A stretch of DNA of 64,000 nucleotides from Barthelona sp. PCE. Its lineage: Eukaryota. The DNA is taken from contig JAUFOR010000005.1 in the NCBI GenBank assembly GCA_040285745.1, positions 248,001 to 312,000 on the forward strand, given 5' to 3'. A program made the translations under genes and the position numbers. Within the stretch, counting starts at the first letter, position 1. Each line of letters opens with the position of its first letter. Positions 27,381-37,344 of the stretch are shown piece after piece. The notes under the pieces were generated by a model, which was given only the letters and a program-made list of their open reading frames with translations, was not told the origin of the DNA and made no database searches.

Positions 27381-28170
27381 TCATTCAGGTTTATTGCGAT
27401 TCAAACATGTTACAAAATCGACGTTTTCCATTGTGTAGTGTGAAAGAGAGCTCAACTCAGATTGGTCAGTTGCTATCCTGAAAGAATAAGAAAAATACAC
27501 ACTATAGGTTAATAATATCAGAAATTGAGGCGAAACACAGTGATTAAAGTAAAGAGGTTGAATATATCTCAAATTCTCAAATGTACAGATCAAGGTTTGA
27601 TCTCAAAAAATCCTGAAACACATCCTCAAACAATGATTCGACCTTCTGCACCGTCATTCTACGCACTTCCAAAGGGGTTACAACCGATATGTCCTGTGGA
27701 AGAGTAAAAACCGGAGTTGTTTCTTCACTACGTTCGTTAAATAGAACAGGGGAGTCAAGAGGGCTTACATATTTGGTCGGAGTAAAGTCACGGTTACGTG
27801 ACTGCATATCTGTTAAGTCTTTAAGCGTTCTAATACTGTTTTCTTCAACCCAACTTTCATAACTATTATAACTTTCGAACTCATCATGATATTTCATTTT
27901 TTGTTCAAAACACTTCTTCTGCTGCTCATATTGAGGTGAAGGAAGCGAAAATCTTCGATCAAGAGCTGCTTTAGTATCATTCAAGTTGATACTACTCCCC
28001 GCACTAACGGGGCGCCTTGACCTCTTCTGTGTTTGTATGTTTTCATCCTTCAACAGATTGGACGCCGTTGAATTGAGAGCTGTTTGTGGACGAAAACGTT
28101 TCCTTCGCTTCCTGTCATGTTTACGATTTTGCAATGGTACAGAAAACCCAGTTATTTGCAACCCATTCAT
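27381..28170 (-). CDS. Hypothetical basic/disordered protein; probable intron 27502-27586
   Basis: ORF 27577-28170 joins the 27381-27593 frame exactly through GTACAT...ATTAACCTATAG (CT|T = Leu); RPQTA and RPVSA motifs. The 3' end is uncertain. Confidence 0.6.
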
Positions 28171-28311
28171 TAAAAAGACGGGTGCCCAGATGTTATTGTG
28201 AAAAAAGTAAAAACGTGGTTCAATTTTCAGTTTTGATTTAAATAAGTACGTTTTTCACAATACCTATCCATAAAAGACGAAAATCAAGCAAAATATTTAC
28301 AAAAAGAAAGA

Positions 28312-30384
28312 TTAACAATGTTCAATATTTATCACAAAGGCACCTGTATCTGTGCTCTCCCTGAACATATTCATTTCAACATATTCTGCACGTGTAAGCC
28401 ATGTATCAAGAGGAATATCATGTATTTCGATGTTCAAAATATGAGTGTCGTTGAATTCGTAACGACGGTGAATAATCATACGATCTACTACTGTGAATAT
28501 GGTGAGGCTATTTTGCGCTTGGAAACAATCACATTCCGACACATCGAAGTTGTCTTCATCAAAATCAACAATTTTGGTGAGTCGGCACTTTTTAGTGATG
28601 CGGAAGATACCAACATTCAGCAAAACAATCCTTGGGGCTAGGAATCTAATGAAATAACCAATGTTGAACTGTATCTTTAGATTTTGTTCAGAATCACACA
28701 CAAAAAAGTGCTTTTTCTTAGTTGGTGAAATTGACAATTCTGTCGAGTACGGGTTAATGTGCGCCTTTACGTTATCGGTAATCTCACGTGTTAGCTCCCA
28801 CACATTGTTATTTAGCTCATAACATTGAGTTGTTCCTCCGCACTTCAACAAAATTTTCTTCTTATCATAATGGTATATCACAGGGGTATGTCTACGAAGC
28901 TCAGTAATCTCCTTTGTTACATTTGTTTCCAAACAAGTCTCAAATATTTGTATCACTTTCATCTGCTCTTCGGCATTCCATTCAGAACAGCACCAATACA
29001 TGTGCTCGTCTGTCAGCAACAGTATGCTTTCATTAGACCTGAACAATACTCTATACAATGGAAACACACCGTCCTTCAGGGATTGGACGTCAAATAGTTG
29101 GACTTCTGTGCAATCCATTTCCACGCCCCGCTTTATTTTGCAAAGGTGACCATGTAGCTTGATGACTGTATTATTAAAGTGAAACTGCTCAAAAGACGGT
29201 TTAAGCTTATGGTAGTATACAACGTTCTCTGCAAGACTGAAGATGATTTCACAGTTCCTCGTCTTGAAAAATGTATGTTTAGCGAACATACCAGTTTGAG
29301 ATTCACTTAAATGCCTGCACTCAACCACAATATCATCAATCGAAAAATATTTGCTATAGAGTGAGAGATGGTTATTAAAAGTACCAAACATCCGGCTCAA
29401 ATACATTCTATGATCAAATTCGGGGGTGAACCGGGGAAGTGGAGCAACCATCGTTCTTGGTAACTCAAAATCAAATCTGAGAACTTCATTTGCGTCAAAT
29501 ACACACAGGTGAGAAAATCTGCCTGATTTAAAGGTGCACATGGCTTGCCTGCGCTCCAAAGAGAGATACCATAGCTGAAAATCATCCAAACTGTTAATAT
29601 TCAAATCACATATGCTCGGAAAGAATTCAAAAAAGTCAATGCAATGCCAAGCTTCCAAAGTGTCCGTGAACAGAATGCACAAGGTTGTTACGGGCATTTG
29701 ATCAGAGGCATAGCAGACGTTAAAATGCATAGAAGGCCGAACGGCGTTGATATCGTCCGACAATGTAAAGTTCACTTCTAATATCCGTAATCGTCCACGA
29801 TCAATGGCTTCATTGTCCATTTTCGCGAACTTTAGCATTCCCCTTTGGAAATAAATCAAAGTCTTGGAGACTAAAGTGGAACAAAAACCATCGATTTCAA
29901 AAGTAAAATGACCGTCTTGCATTTCCCCATCTTTCCAGCGAATTACACTGATATTATTGTATGTAAACCCATAAGAAGTGTTCTTATCAAGAAATATAGC
30001 TCGCATACTTCTTGGATTGATATAGTGAAAATTTTGAACGTGAGAAAAAATGAGATTATCATCCATAACATCAAAAAATGCAACTTTTTTAACACAAGTG
30101 TACCTAAAATCTCCAAAATCCGTGGCGTAAAATGTATTTTCGTCAAACAAACATCTTTTAATGTAAAATCCATTTTTAGGCTTGCCCAATAAATCAAATA
30201 GATCAACAGGTAAGGTTTTATATCTGGTTAAATCAATCCCAACTGCCAAATTATTACTGTTCAACAGAAAATCGTTAGAAACTGGCTTCCTTTCTACCTT
30301 TTCAATTCTAAAACCATCAGAATCAATTGGAGTACAATAAAAGCCCTGATCAACTGGAAAACCGTTATCTATACGGCGAGGCAT
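28312..30384 (-). CDS. Hypothetical 690-aa beta-rich protein (possible lineage-specific family)
   Basis: Long intact ORF rich in F/I/V/C short strands; no recognised motif. Confidence 0.75.
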   Translation of the reverse strand: MPRRIDNGFPVDQGFYCTPIDSDGFRIEKVERKPVSNDFLLNSNNLAVGIDLTRYKTLPVDLFDLLGKPKNGFYIKRCLFDENTFYATDFGDFRYTCVKKVAFFDVMDDNLIFSHVQNFHYINPRSMRAIFLDKNTSYGFTYNNISVIRWKDGEMQDGHFTFEIDGFCSTLVSKTLIYFQRGMLKFAKMDNEAIDRGRLRILEVNFTLSDDINAVRPSMHFNVCYASDQMPVTTLCILFTDTLEAWHCIDFFEFFPSICDLNINSLDDFQLWYLSLERRQAMCTFKSGRFSHLCVFDANEVLRFDFELPRTMVAPLPRFTPEFDHRMYLSRMFGTFNNHLSLYSKYFSIDDIVVECRHLSESQTGMFAKHTFFKTRNCEIIFSLAENVVYYHKLKPSFEQFHFNNTVIKLHGHLCKIKRGVEMDCTEVQLFDVQSLKDGVFPLYRVLFRSNESILLLTDEHMYWCCSEWNAEEQMKVIQIFETCLETNVTKEITELRRHTPVIYHYDKKKILLKCGGTTQCYELNNNVWELTREITDNVKAHINPYSTELSISPTKKKHFFVCDSEQNLKIQFNIGYFIRFLAPRIVLLNVGIFRITKKCRLTKIVDFDEDNFDVSECDCFQAQNSLTIFTVVDRMIIHRRYEFNDTHILNIEIHDIPLDTWLTRAEYVEMNMFRESTDTGAFVINIEHC

Positions 30385-30491
30385 ATTGAAAGGGGTGGAA
30401 AGAATGTTAATAATTTGTGATAAATAAGAGACTTTATATGGTCTTAAGGTGACACATTTTACACACGTATGAAATTAATGTTTTTATTGTG

Positions 30492-31325
30492 TTAGTCTAA
30501 TATTTCTTCAAGTTTTCTGTCCAATTCGTCTTCTATCCACTCCAGTCTACGTAACTTTGCTTTTTGCTTCAGCGAATCATCACTTTCTTCCTCAAAGCAG
30601 TGTCCAATTAGACATAGGAAGAGCAGTATAAACAGAAAGCCTACAAAGAACCATGTGAGGTTAAGGGGTTTTGGCGGGATTCCCTTCATAACTGAGAACC
30701 TTCTGTGAACAGTAACACTGGCATTGGTTCCACTCCACATTCGCATAACAAGGTAATACGAATGTGTATCGTCGAGATCAACGTCCAGCGGCACATCGAT
30801 GAAGACATGGATGTACGGAAAGTCGAACAAACCGCTGTTCTTAAACTCTGTCTCATATACATATTTCGTCGTATTCATGTCAAAAATGCTTATTGTGCTT
30901 GTGTTGAACCACTGGGGCACGTAGCATGTGAACGTGTACCGTGATTTCTCAACATTAACATTGCGCAACTGCGGAACCGTTGAGTTAAATGGTACATATG
31001 CGTATTGCACAATAATTTCTTCTCCTTCTGATGTGCTGCATCGGAGGCGCATTTTGCCGAACTCCTTGTGATGAACGACAATAGAAAGTTTAGAAAGAGT
31101 GATGTTTAGTACTGTGTATTCATCCCAGAGCTGGAACTTACTCGTAACTCTGTCAAAGTGCTCGAATAAGCACTGAACTCTAGTAACCATCTCATCAGAA
31201 GCACTTAAGGCAAGAACAAAAGTGGAATTATCAAAGTATGTTTGCGCTTGCGGGCTTATCACATTCAGATTTGTAAATTGCGCGAATACAATGAAAAAAG
31301 CCCAAAATACGAGCAGTCTCTTCAT
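30492..31325 (-). CDS. Type I membrane protein of unknown function
   Basis: Signal peptide MKRLLVFWAFFIVFAQ, several NxS/T sequons, TM helix WFFVGFLFILLFLCLIG, short charged tail. Confidence 0.8.
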   Translation of the reverse strand: MKRLLVFWAFFIVFAQFTNLNVISPQAQTYFDNSTFVLALSASDEMVTRVQCLFEHFDRVTSKFQLWDEYTVLNITLSKLSIVVHHKEFGKMRLRCSTSEGEEIIVQYAYVPFNSTVPQLRNVNVEKSRYTFTCYVPQWFNTSTISIFDMNTTKYVYETEFKNSGLFDFPYIHVFIDVPLDVDLDDTHSYYLVMRMWSGTNASVTVHRRFSVMKGIPPKPLNLTWFFVGFLFILLFLCLIGHCFEEESDDSLKQKAKLRRLEWIEDELDRKLEEILD

Positions 31326-31385
31326 AAAAAGCTAGAAGAAAGACTATTTTGCAAAAGCAAAGTTTTCCATGTTAAATATCACCAT

Positions 31386-34244
31386 TTACATTAGAGGGCC
31401 GTTATTCTTGATAATTTGAACGTCACTCATTAAAGATTCAAGCTGACTAGAAAGTAGTTTCTTGGTTAACGTTAATTCTTCGCCAAGAACATCAAGTTCG
31501 CGTTCATCTATCAGTCTGGTTTCGTCTAACACGCGGGAAAGATGTGATTCAATTGGTTCTTCAATAACAGGAGGCTGAATAACCTCATTGGGAGTGGTCA
31601 AGTCTGCGATTGAATCCTCCATTGGGTGGTTTGGAGTGGAAAAACCAAAGGTCTTAGTCTTATGTAGATCCTCGACTGTGTACAGAAGCTGATCTGTGAT
31701 TGCATCTAATGAAATGCGAACATCAGAAAGCTTTGTACTTGTATCGTTCTTGAAGTTATCTACGTCTGTGCTAAGTGCCGTCAGGTGCTCCATTAATGCG
31801 CCGTTAAAGTCCAAGAGACCTCTGAGCTCATTAACATGATCCAAACTTGTATTCATAAGACGGCCATTACTGTTTTCGAATTCCTTCATTCTTTTCTCGA
31901 AAAGTCCGCATATATCATCTAGTCGCACCGAAACGATGTCGTTCGTCGTTTTGACAATCTCAGTTGTATTACGCAACTCGTCAATATGATCTACAACGAG
32001 GGCCAGCTCATCAGGAGAGACGAACGGCTGTGGCTTCTCGGCAAGGGTCATTCTGTCTTCAACCTCAGCTATTGCTCTCTCGGCACCCACAATGCGCTCG
32101 CTACATGATGCCTCCACTCGAGCCACAATGCTTGATGAGACGCTCTCAATGAGATCCTGTGTTTTGGACAATACACCATCGATTTCACCGCGTAGTGTCT
32201 GCTGCGACTCTTCTACAACGTTCTGGAACGAAGACTTGAGGCTTTCATCGAGTTCCGAAATCTTCTGTGTGACGCTGTCATACTTCTCGTTCAAATCCTC
32301 AATGTTCGACTGAATCTCAATATCAGCCTTACCAGTGTCACGTATAATCTCAACGGGAACGGAAGTAGGTTCTCTATTCTGCTTCTCAACCGTAGCCTCG
32401 AGTTCTTCTATGCGAGATGCAAATTGTTGGATTGTTTGCATAAGAAGTGTAGTTGTCTCCGTGTCAATTGTCTTTGCCTGCTTCTTAGGTGTACTTGGCA
32501 TACTTTCCCTGATTGTTTGCATTAAAGTTGCCTTTACCTCATTAAGCTGGTTGTTTGTAGCTGTTCCAATATTTTCCTTAACCTCTTCGATGTTTTTCTT
32601 CATTTCATCAATTAAATCAGCCTTTATCTCTTCAAGAATCTGCTCTTTAATCCTGTCGCCCATCTCAGCAGCTACTTGTCCTTTGATTTCAGCGATAACA
32701 TCGCTAGAAATCACATTCTTCTTAATACTGCTCTCCTCGTCACGATGAACTGGCACAGAAGTTGCGGGAATAGAAGGCATAAACGCGGAAAAGTCAATTT
32801 TGTTTATGTGAGCAGCAACACAATTCTCAACTTCTATCTGCAAATCAGAAAAAATTTCCTCTGAGTCTACAGTAGGAAAGGCGTTCTCCAACACACTCAA
32901 CCGCTTTTGTACATCAGATAGATCAGGGGAGGGACGTGTTGGCGAAAGATTCAAGTCGTCGCTCTCCACAGATGCCAATCTTTTCTCTAAAGCAGAGAAG
33001 CGCTTGGTGATGTTGTTAATGTTCTCGGTGTTAATGGACTCAAAAACACCCATGATCTTATCAGCGACGTCTCCCAGTTTGGCCTGGAAAACATCAACGT
33101 GAACTCTCTTCTTGAGCTCAGGTCCAACACCATACACAACCTCACTAAGCTCATCAATGCGACTTCCAATCTTCGCTCCCAAGTGGTCTTCAACGGCGGT
33201 GACGATTTGATCGCGGCTCTTGCTAACAGCGTCCGTCGATGCCTTTGCGCACTGGTTGACCAACTCAGATCTGTCGAAAGTGACCTGCTTGACTCGCTCG
33301 AGGATCCCCTGCTGTGTTGTCTGCAGCTCCTGCAGCTGCAACTGCATTCGGTAGAACAGGGTTCTTGCATCGCTGCGCGCTGAAATCGGAGTCCCAATGT
33401 TCTCTTCCTGTGTGAAAGGAGATATGGGCGAGGATGGGGTCACTGACTGATGAAGGGGACTGGGCGTTACGGGGATACTGGCCGTCCTGGGTTCTTCTTC
33501 AAGTTCAACCGTCTGATCATCCACTGGAATATCATAAACGGGTTCTTCTACAGGTTCTTCAGCTTCAAGTTCTCTAGATAAATTGTCGAACGCCGAACGC
33601 ACGTTCTCATGCTCTTCTAACACGTTCTTTGGGGATTCTACAGTGGGGTTCAACACCTGCCTTACTCTAAAGTACTCGCGCATTGCGAAGCGCAGATACA
33701 CAACCGACACCACCAGCTTGCGCGAGCTAGTCTTCTTTTTTGGTAGATAAAACCCGTTTTGAATGTGAGGAATCATTTCATCATCAAAGATGTACTTGGA
33801 TAGCTTCTCGCAAATGCTCACACTCAAACGACGTTCACGCAGAAAATGCACGTGTTCGCTGGCAGCTGACCCAATGAGATGGTGGTTATGTGTATAGAGA
33901 CGTCCCCAGACTTCTAAGAAGAAGACAATCGTCTCCATCGAATCGTGCTGGTTCAAAAATAGAGAGAAAAGTTCGACCTCGGTGTCCCTATCCTTCCATT
34001 CAAGTGTGGATTGGATCAATCGTTGTACAGTTTTCTCAAATTCTTGTTTCTGTGGGTATTGACCACGGAGATAGGCTAAAACATTTGGTGGAAAGTGTAA
34101 AGAGGAGTCTATTTTCTCCAAAAGGCTCTCTGGATTTTCATATGTGTATTTATACACATTGTAAGACAAGTTAAGAATAAATTTCAAATCGCTGTTCTCG
34201 TTTATCACGGACTGTGGTTGTAAGTGGATCTTAAAGCGCTTCAT
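31386..34244 (-). CDS. Hypothetical protein: helical N-terminal domain plus long coiled coil
   Basis: 952-aa ORF. The frame stays open upstream of ATG 34244 without another ATG, so the start is uncertain. Confidence 0.8.
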   Translation of the reverse strand: MKRFKIHLQPQSVINENSDLKFILNLSYNVYKYTYENPESLLEKIDSSLHFPPNVLAYLRGQYPQKQEFEKTVQRLIQSTLEWKDRDTEVELFSLFLNQHDSMETIVFFLEVWGRLYTHNHHLIGSAASEHVHFLRERRLSVSICEKLSKYIFDDEMIPHIQNGFYLPKKKTSSRKLVVSVVYLRFAMREYFRVRQVLNPTVESPKNVLEEHENVRSAFDNLSRELEAEEPVEEPVYDIPVDDQTVELEEEPRTASIPVTPSPLHQSVTPSSPISPFTQEENIGTPISARSDARTLFYRMQLQLQELQTTQQGILERVKQVTFDRSELVNQCAKASTDAVSKSRDQIVTAVEDHLGAKIGSRIDELSEVVYGVGPELKKRVHVDVFQAKLGDVADKIMGVFESINTENINNITKRFSALEKRLASVESDDLNLSPTRPSPDLSDVQKRLSVLENAFPTVDSEEIFSDLQIEVENCVAAHINKIDFSAFMPSIPATSVPVHRDEESSIKKNVISSDVIAEIKGQVAAEMGDRIKEQILEEIKADLIDEMKKNIEEVKENIGTATNNQLNEVKATLMQTIRESMPSTPKKQAKTIDTETTTLLMQTIQQFASRIEELEATVEKQNREPTSVPVEIIRDTGKADIEIQSNIEDLNEKYDSVTQKISELDESLKSSFQNVVEESQQTLRGEIDGVLSKTQDLIESVSSSIVARVEASCSERIVGAERAIAEVEDRMTLAEKPQPFVSPDELALVVDHIDELRNTTEIVKTTNDIVSVRLDDICGLFEKRMKEFENSNGRLMNTSLDHVNELRGLLDFNGALMEHLTALSTDVDNFKNDTSTKLSDVRISLDAITDQLLYTVEDLHKTKTFGFSTPNHPMEDSIADLTTPNEVIQPPVIEEPIESHLSRVLDETRLIDERELDVLGEELTLTKKLLSSQLESLMSDVQIIKNNGPLM

Positions 34245-34594
34245 AAGTGGCAGTCTAACAAGGAGCTTGGATAAATGCCCGCTAACGCTTTGAAAAAGGG
34301 AGAGAATGTTTAAACGAATATTCTGGGATTTAGCCCTCGTTGTTTCAATAAAATCGGGAAGTAATTGGGATAATGGAAATAAAAAGATGTTATTAAAGCA
34401 TTTTAATGTACATTTTGATTCGGCAGTTTCTGTTTAGTTTTGTGGGTATTTATTTGGTACATCCGCGTTTAACGTGTAGTTAGCAAGAACTATTACACAT
34501 AAAATTAGGCAGAGAGCTATTTGTCATAAGCGCACCCTTGAAATTGCAAGTTCACCCCTTTTCTTCTTTTTAAACAGCACTTCACACACAAAGA

Positions 34595-35542
34595 ATGAGC
34601 AATCAGCCTCAATTTAGGGTAGTTAAAGTTCTGCGAGGCCATTCGTCTAGCATCGTTTCTCTTGATGTTGACACAGAAAATATGCGAATTTTATCAGCGG
34701 GCCTTGACAAAAAAGTAATGATATGGTCTATTGACAGTGGGAGGACCCTTAAATATGATCACAGTGATGTAGTGCGTAGTGCTCGCTTCACAAACTCACA
34801 TTCCAGCTTTGTCACTGCCGGTGACGGACAGAAGCTATCTTTACACAAGGCTAGGGTTCAACCACAGTCTAGGTTAGTTAGTTCTGCGTTTTTTGGAAGA
34901 ATTAATGAAATTTGTTGTAGTCCTGTGGAAGATATTGTTGCAGTTGTCTGTAATGACCGATATCTTCGTGTCATAGACTACAAAACAAGGCGCATCATGC
35001 ACTCGCAGATCACACATACGTTACCAACCTCAGTCGACGTCAGTGTCCATGGTCTCGTGGCATACAGCAACGACAGAGGCAGCATCCAGGTCTTTGACCC
35101 CATGTACAAGGCCAGCATCTTGGGTATAGAGATGGAGGAGAATATATCTCAACTGAGGTTCCATCCAAGCGGGCATTTCCTCGCTGCAGTTTCTGAAAAC
35201 GGTTCGTTGCACATTTACTCATTGATACAGAAGAAGCTATACCACCGATATGTGTTGAATACAGCGTTAAAATGTGTAGCGTGGCACGACAGCGGATCGA
35301 TTGTGGCAGTCATAGGCGAAGATAATCACTGTTATGTATATGACCTCAACAGAAAGATGGCGTTGTGTGACATTGTGAACAGGGAGAGGGTCGATGCTAT
35401 TGTTTGGAAAGAAAACATGCTTGTGATGAATTTAAATCAGCAGATTGTGATATGGAATTCAGATCTTGATGTCTTCTCTGGTGAATTCGATGTGTCCAAT
35501 CAGGCGGCAGCAATGCTCGCGCACCGTATGCAGCAGATGTAA
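34595..35542 (+). CDS. WD40 protein, POC1-like centriolar protein
   Basis: LRGHSSSIVSLD...SAGLDKKVMIW, HSDVVRSARF, FHPSGHFL and terminal QQIVIWNSDLD resemble POC1; WD40 is secure, orthology is not. Confidence 0.7.
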   Translation: MSNQPQFRVVKVLRGHSSSIVSLDVDTENMRILSAGLDKKVMIWSIDSGRTLKYDHSDVVRSARFTNSHSSFVTAGDGQKLSLHKARVQPQSRLVSSAFFGRINEICCSPVEDIVAVVCNDRYLRVIDYKTRRIMHSQITHTLPTSVDVSVHGLVAYSNDRGSIQVFDPMYKASILGIEMEENISQLRFHPSGHFLAAVSENGSLHIYSLIQKKLYHRYVLNTALKCVAWHDSGSIVAVIGEDNHCYVYDLNRKMALCDIVNRERVDAIVWKENMLVMNLNQQIVIWNSDLDVFSGEFDVSNQAAAMLAHRMQQM

Positions 35543-35555
35543 ATTAAATGTGATT

Positions 35556-36074
35556 TTAACCATTAAACTGTTTTATACGGTCAATTACTCCTCTTACATG
35601 CTCGATACATAAGAAAAAATCACCTCCAATGCCCTCTGGGACGCTCTCCTCCCCTGTCTGTTCGGTTGATATCTGTACGGATGGTGAGTGAGGGGTTTGA
35701 TCGCTTCCGTCGGACAATACCGCAATATCGTGGATCGTGAAATTAAGCCACAATTCACACGGCTGGAACAGGTAGACACGGATTTTGTCGCACAGGGTCG
35801 GTGTAGCGAGATTGAAAAGGTCAAGACGAAAACTATCGTATGCATCTGCCTCAGAATCTGGCGCTTCCATTAAATCATAACGTTTAACAAGAGTTTCATA
35901 CTCTCCACTTCCCATGCACGCTCTTATGCTGATGTATGCGCTGTAAAAGTTTGAGAAACTGAGAAATCTAGGTAAACATGCCTTTGTGAAGCTTATTTCT
36001 ATATATTTGAACGATGGACGTTGATTTGGCGATGATATCTCCTCTTTAAAACTGAATGGAATTGCCGTGGTCAT
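35556..36074 (-). CDS. NICN1: Nicolin-1-like (tubulin polyglutamylase complex subunit)
   Basis: FSNFYSAYISIR, LMEAPDSEADA, IRVYLFQPCELWLNFTI parallel NICN1 FKNYYTAFLSIR, LMPDPHSEEGA, LRLILRQPSPLWLSFTV. Confidence 0.8.
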   Translation of the reverse strand: MTTAIPFSFKEEISSPNQRPSFKYIEISFTKACLPRFLSFSNFYSAYISIRACMGSGEYETLVKRYDLMEAPDSEADAYDSFRLDLFNLATPTLCDKIRVYLFQPCELWLNFTIHDIAVLSDGSDQTPHSPSVQISTEQTGEESVPEGIGGDFFLCIEHVRGVIDRIKQFNG

Positions 36075-36183
36075 GAGAAAAGGAGACTTTTAGGAAAACA
36101 ACTTTGGAGTGAGTTTTTTATATTTGAATCCTTTTCACAAAATAAATAGTGGTTGCAGTCCACAATTGTGCAAGATGAGTGGT

Positions 36184-37188
36184 TTACTTTGTCATTAAAT
36201 CATTTTCTTCAATTTCCTTCACTAGATTGAGAATGGTAAAAAAGAAGTGCGCATTTTGTAGTAATATATCACAATTTACCTTAGCAGCACCGTATGTAAT
36301 GCCTTCTACAACGTTCATCAGGCTGCCTATTTTTTTTGTCGAATCTCTGTAAAACTCTTTCAGAAAATTGCTTCTTTCTCCCAAAATACGCTGGGCTAAA
36401 TGATTGAGACTGAAGCCAAGGTTTCCAAACTTTTTGATATTCTGTTTTGTTATTCTTTGAGCTCCAGCGTTCTTGATTTGATTTTTAATTGATTTTTCAT
36501 GAACTCTTTCAAGCGTCTTTCGCACCTTGGATATGATACCAGTGGACTGCAAGTTCAAAGTTTCACTTTTTTGTACAGTATCAGTAAATTTCTGATGAAG
36601 TAGAGAAAACTCTGCAGAATTCCGTTCTAAATCCACAAGAAACCCTTCTTTCAGGGTTTTAAGTACACTGTATCTATCAAGGATGTGTTGAATCTCGTTG
36701 AAATCGTTTGAATTATCGTCAATAATGTTATTTAAATATACAGACATAAAGGCATACTTTTTGTTCTCGGTTTGGTAGCGTTCTAACTCAATCTCCGACT
36801 GCCTTATGCGCTCTTTAAGCTCTTCTATCTTATCATCTGTGTCTGAAATCAATTTGGTCTCTCTTCTAATTTTGATCTCTGCTCTCTTCACCTTTTTTAA
36901 GGATTCTGCGATTGCAGACTGCCCGGAAGCCTTCAGACGCTCCAAATCTGCGACCGCCTGTAGGATTTGCTGTTGCTTAGTATCAAGTCTCTCCATAGAT
37001 TCGTTGTAATGTTTACGCGTCTCAAGCAGCTCTTGTTGAAGCTTCATCCCCTTCTGTGTAGCGAATCTTATCCTTGTATCGTCTGAAACAAACGATCCAA
37101 GCTCTCTATCTTTCCATATTGAGCTTGAATCGTCTTGGGTGAGATGAAACAGTTTCTGCTGTTGCTGTGCGCTCATAAAAGCAGTCAT
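36184..37188 (-). CDS. CCDC42/CFAP73-like (DUF4200) axonemal coiled-coil protein
   Basis: Coiled coil with KVKRAEIKIRRE and YLNNII...DFNEIQHILDRYSVL; first ATG at 37188. Confidence 0.65.
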   Translation of the reverse strand: MTAFMSAQQQQKLFHLTQDDSSSIWKDRELGSFVSDDTRIRFATQKGMKLQQELLETRKHYNESMERLDTKQQQILQAVADLERLKASGQSAIAESLKKVKRAEIKIRRETKLISDTDDKIEELKERIRQSEIELERYQTENKKYAFMSVYLNNIIDDNSNDFNEIQHILDRYSVLKTLKEGFLVDLERNSAEFSLLHQKFTDTVQKSETLNLQSTGIISKVRKTLERVHEKSIKNQIKNAGAQRITKQNIKKFGNLGFSLNHLAQRILGERSNFLKEFYRDSTKKIGSLMNVVEGITYGAAKVNCDILLQNAHFFFTILNLVKEIEENDLMTK

Positions 37189-37344
37189 TAAAACGGCCCT
37201 GTATGTTGAAAAGATATGAAAACTCGAAAACGTTGTTTTGAACAGATTTGTTTTGAGACTTATTTGTTGCAATATCATACCGTAAACACAACACGCAGCT
37301 TAAATGCATATCGTAAAAATGAATTTATTACTTGCTACTGTTAC

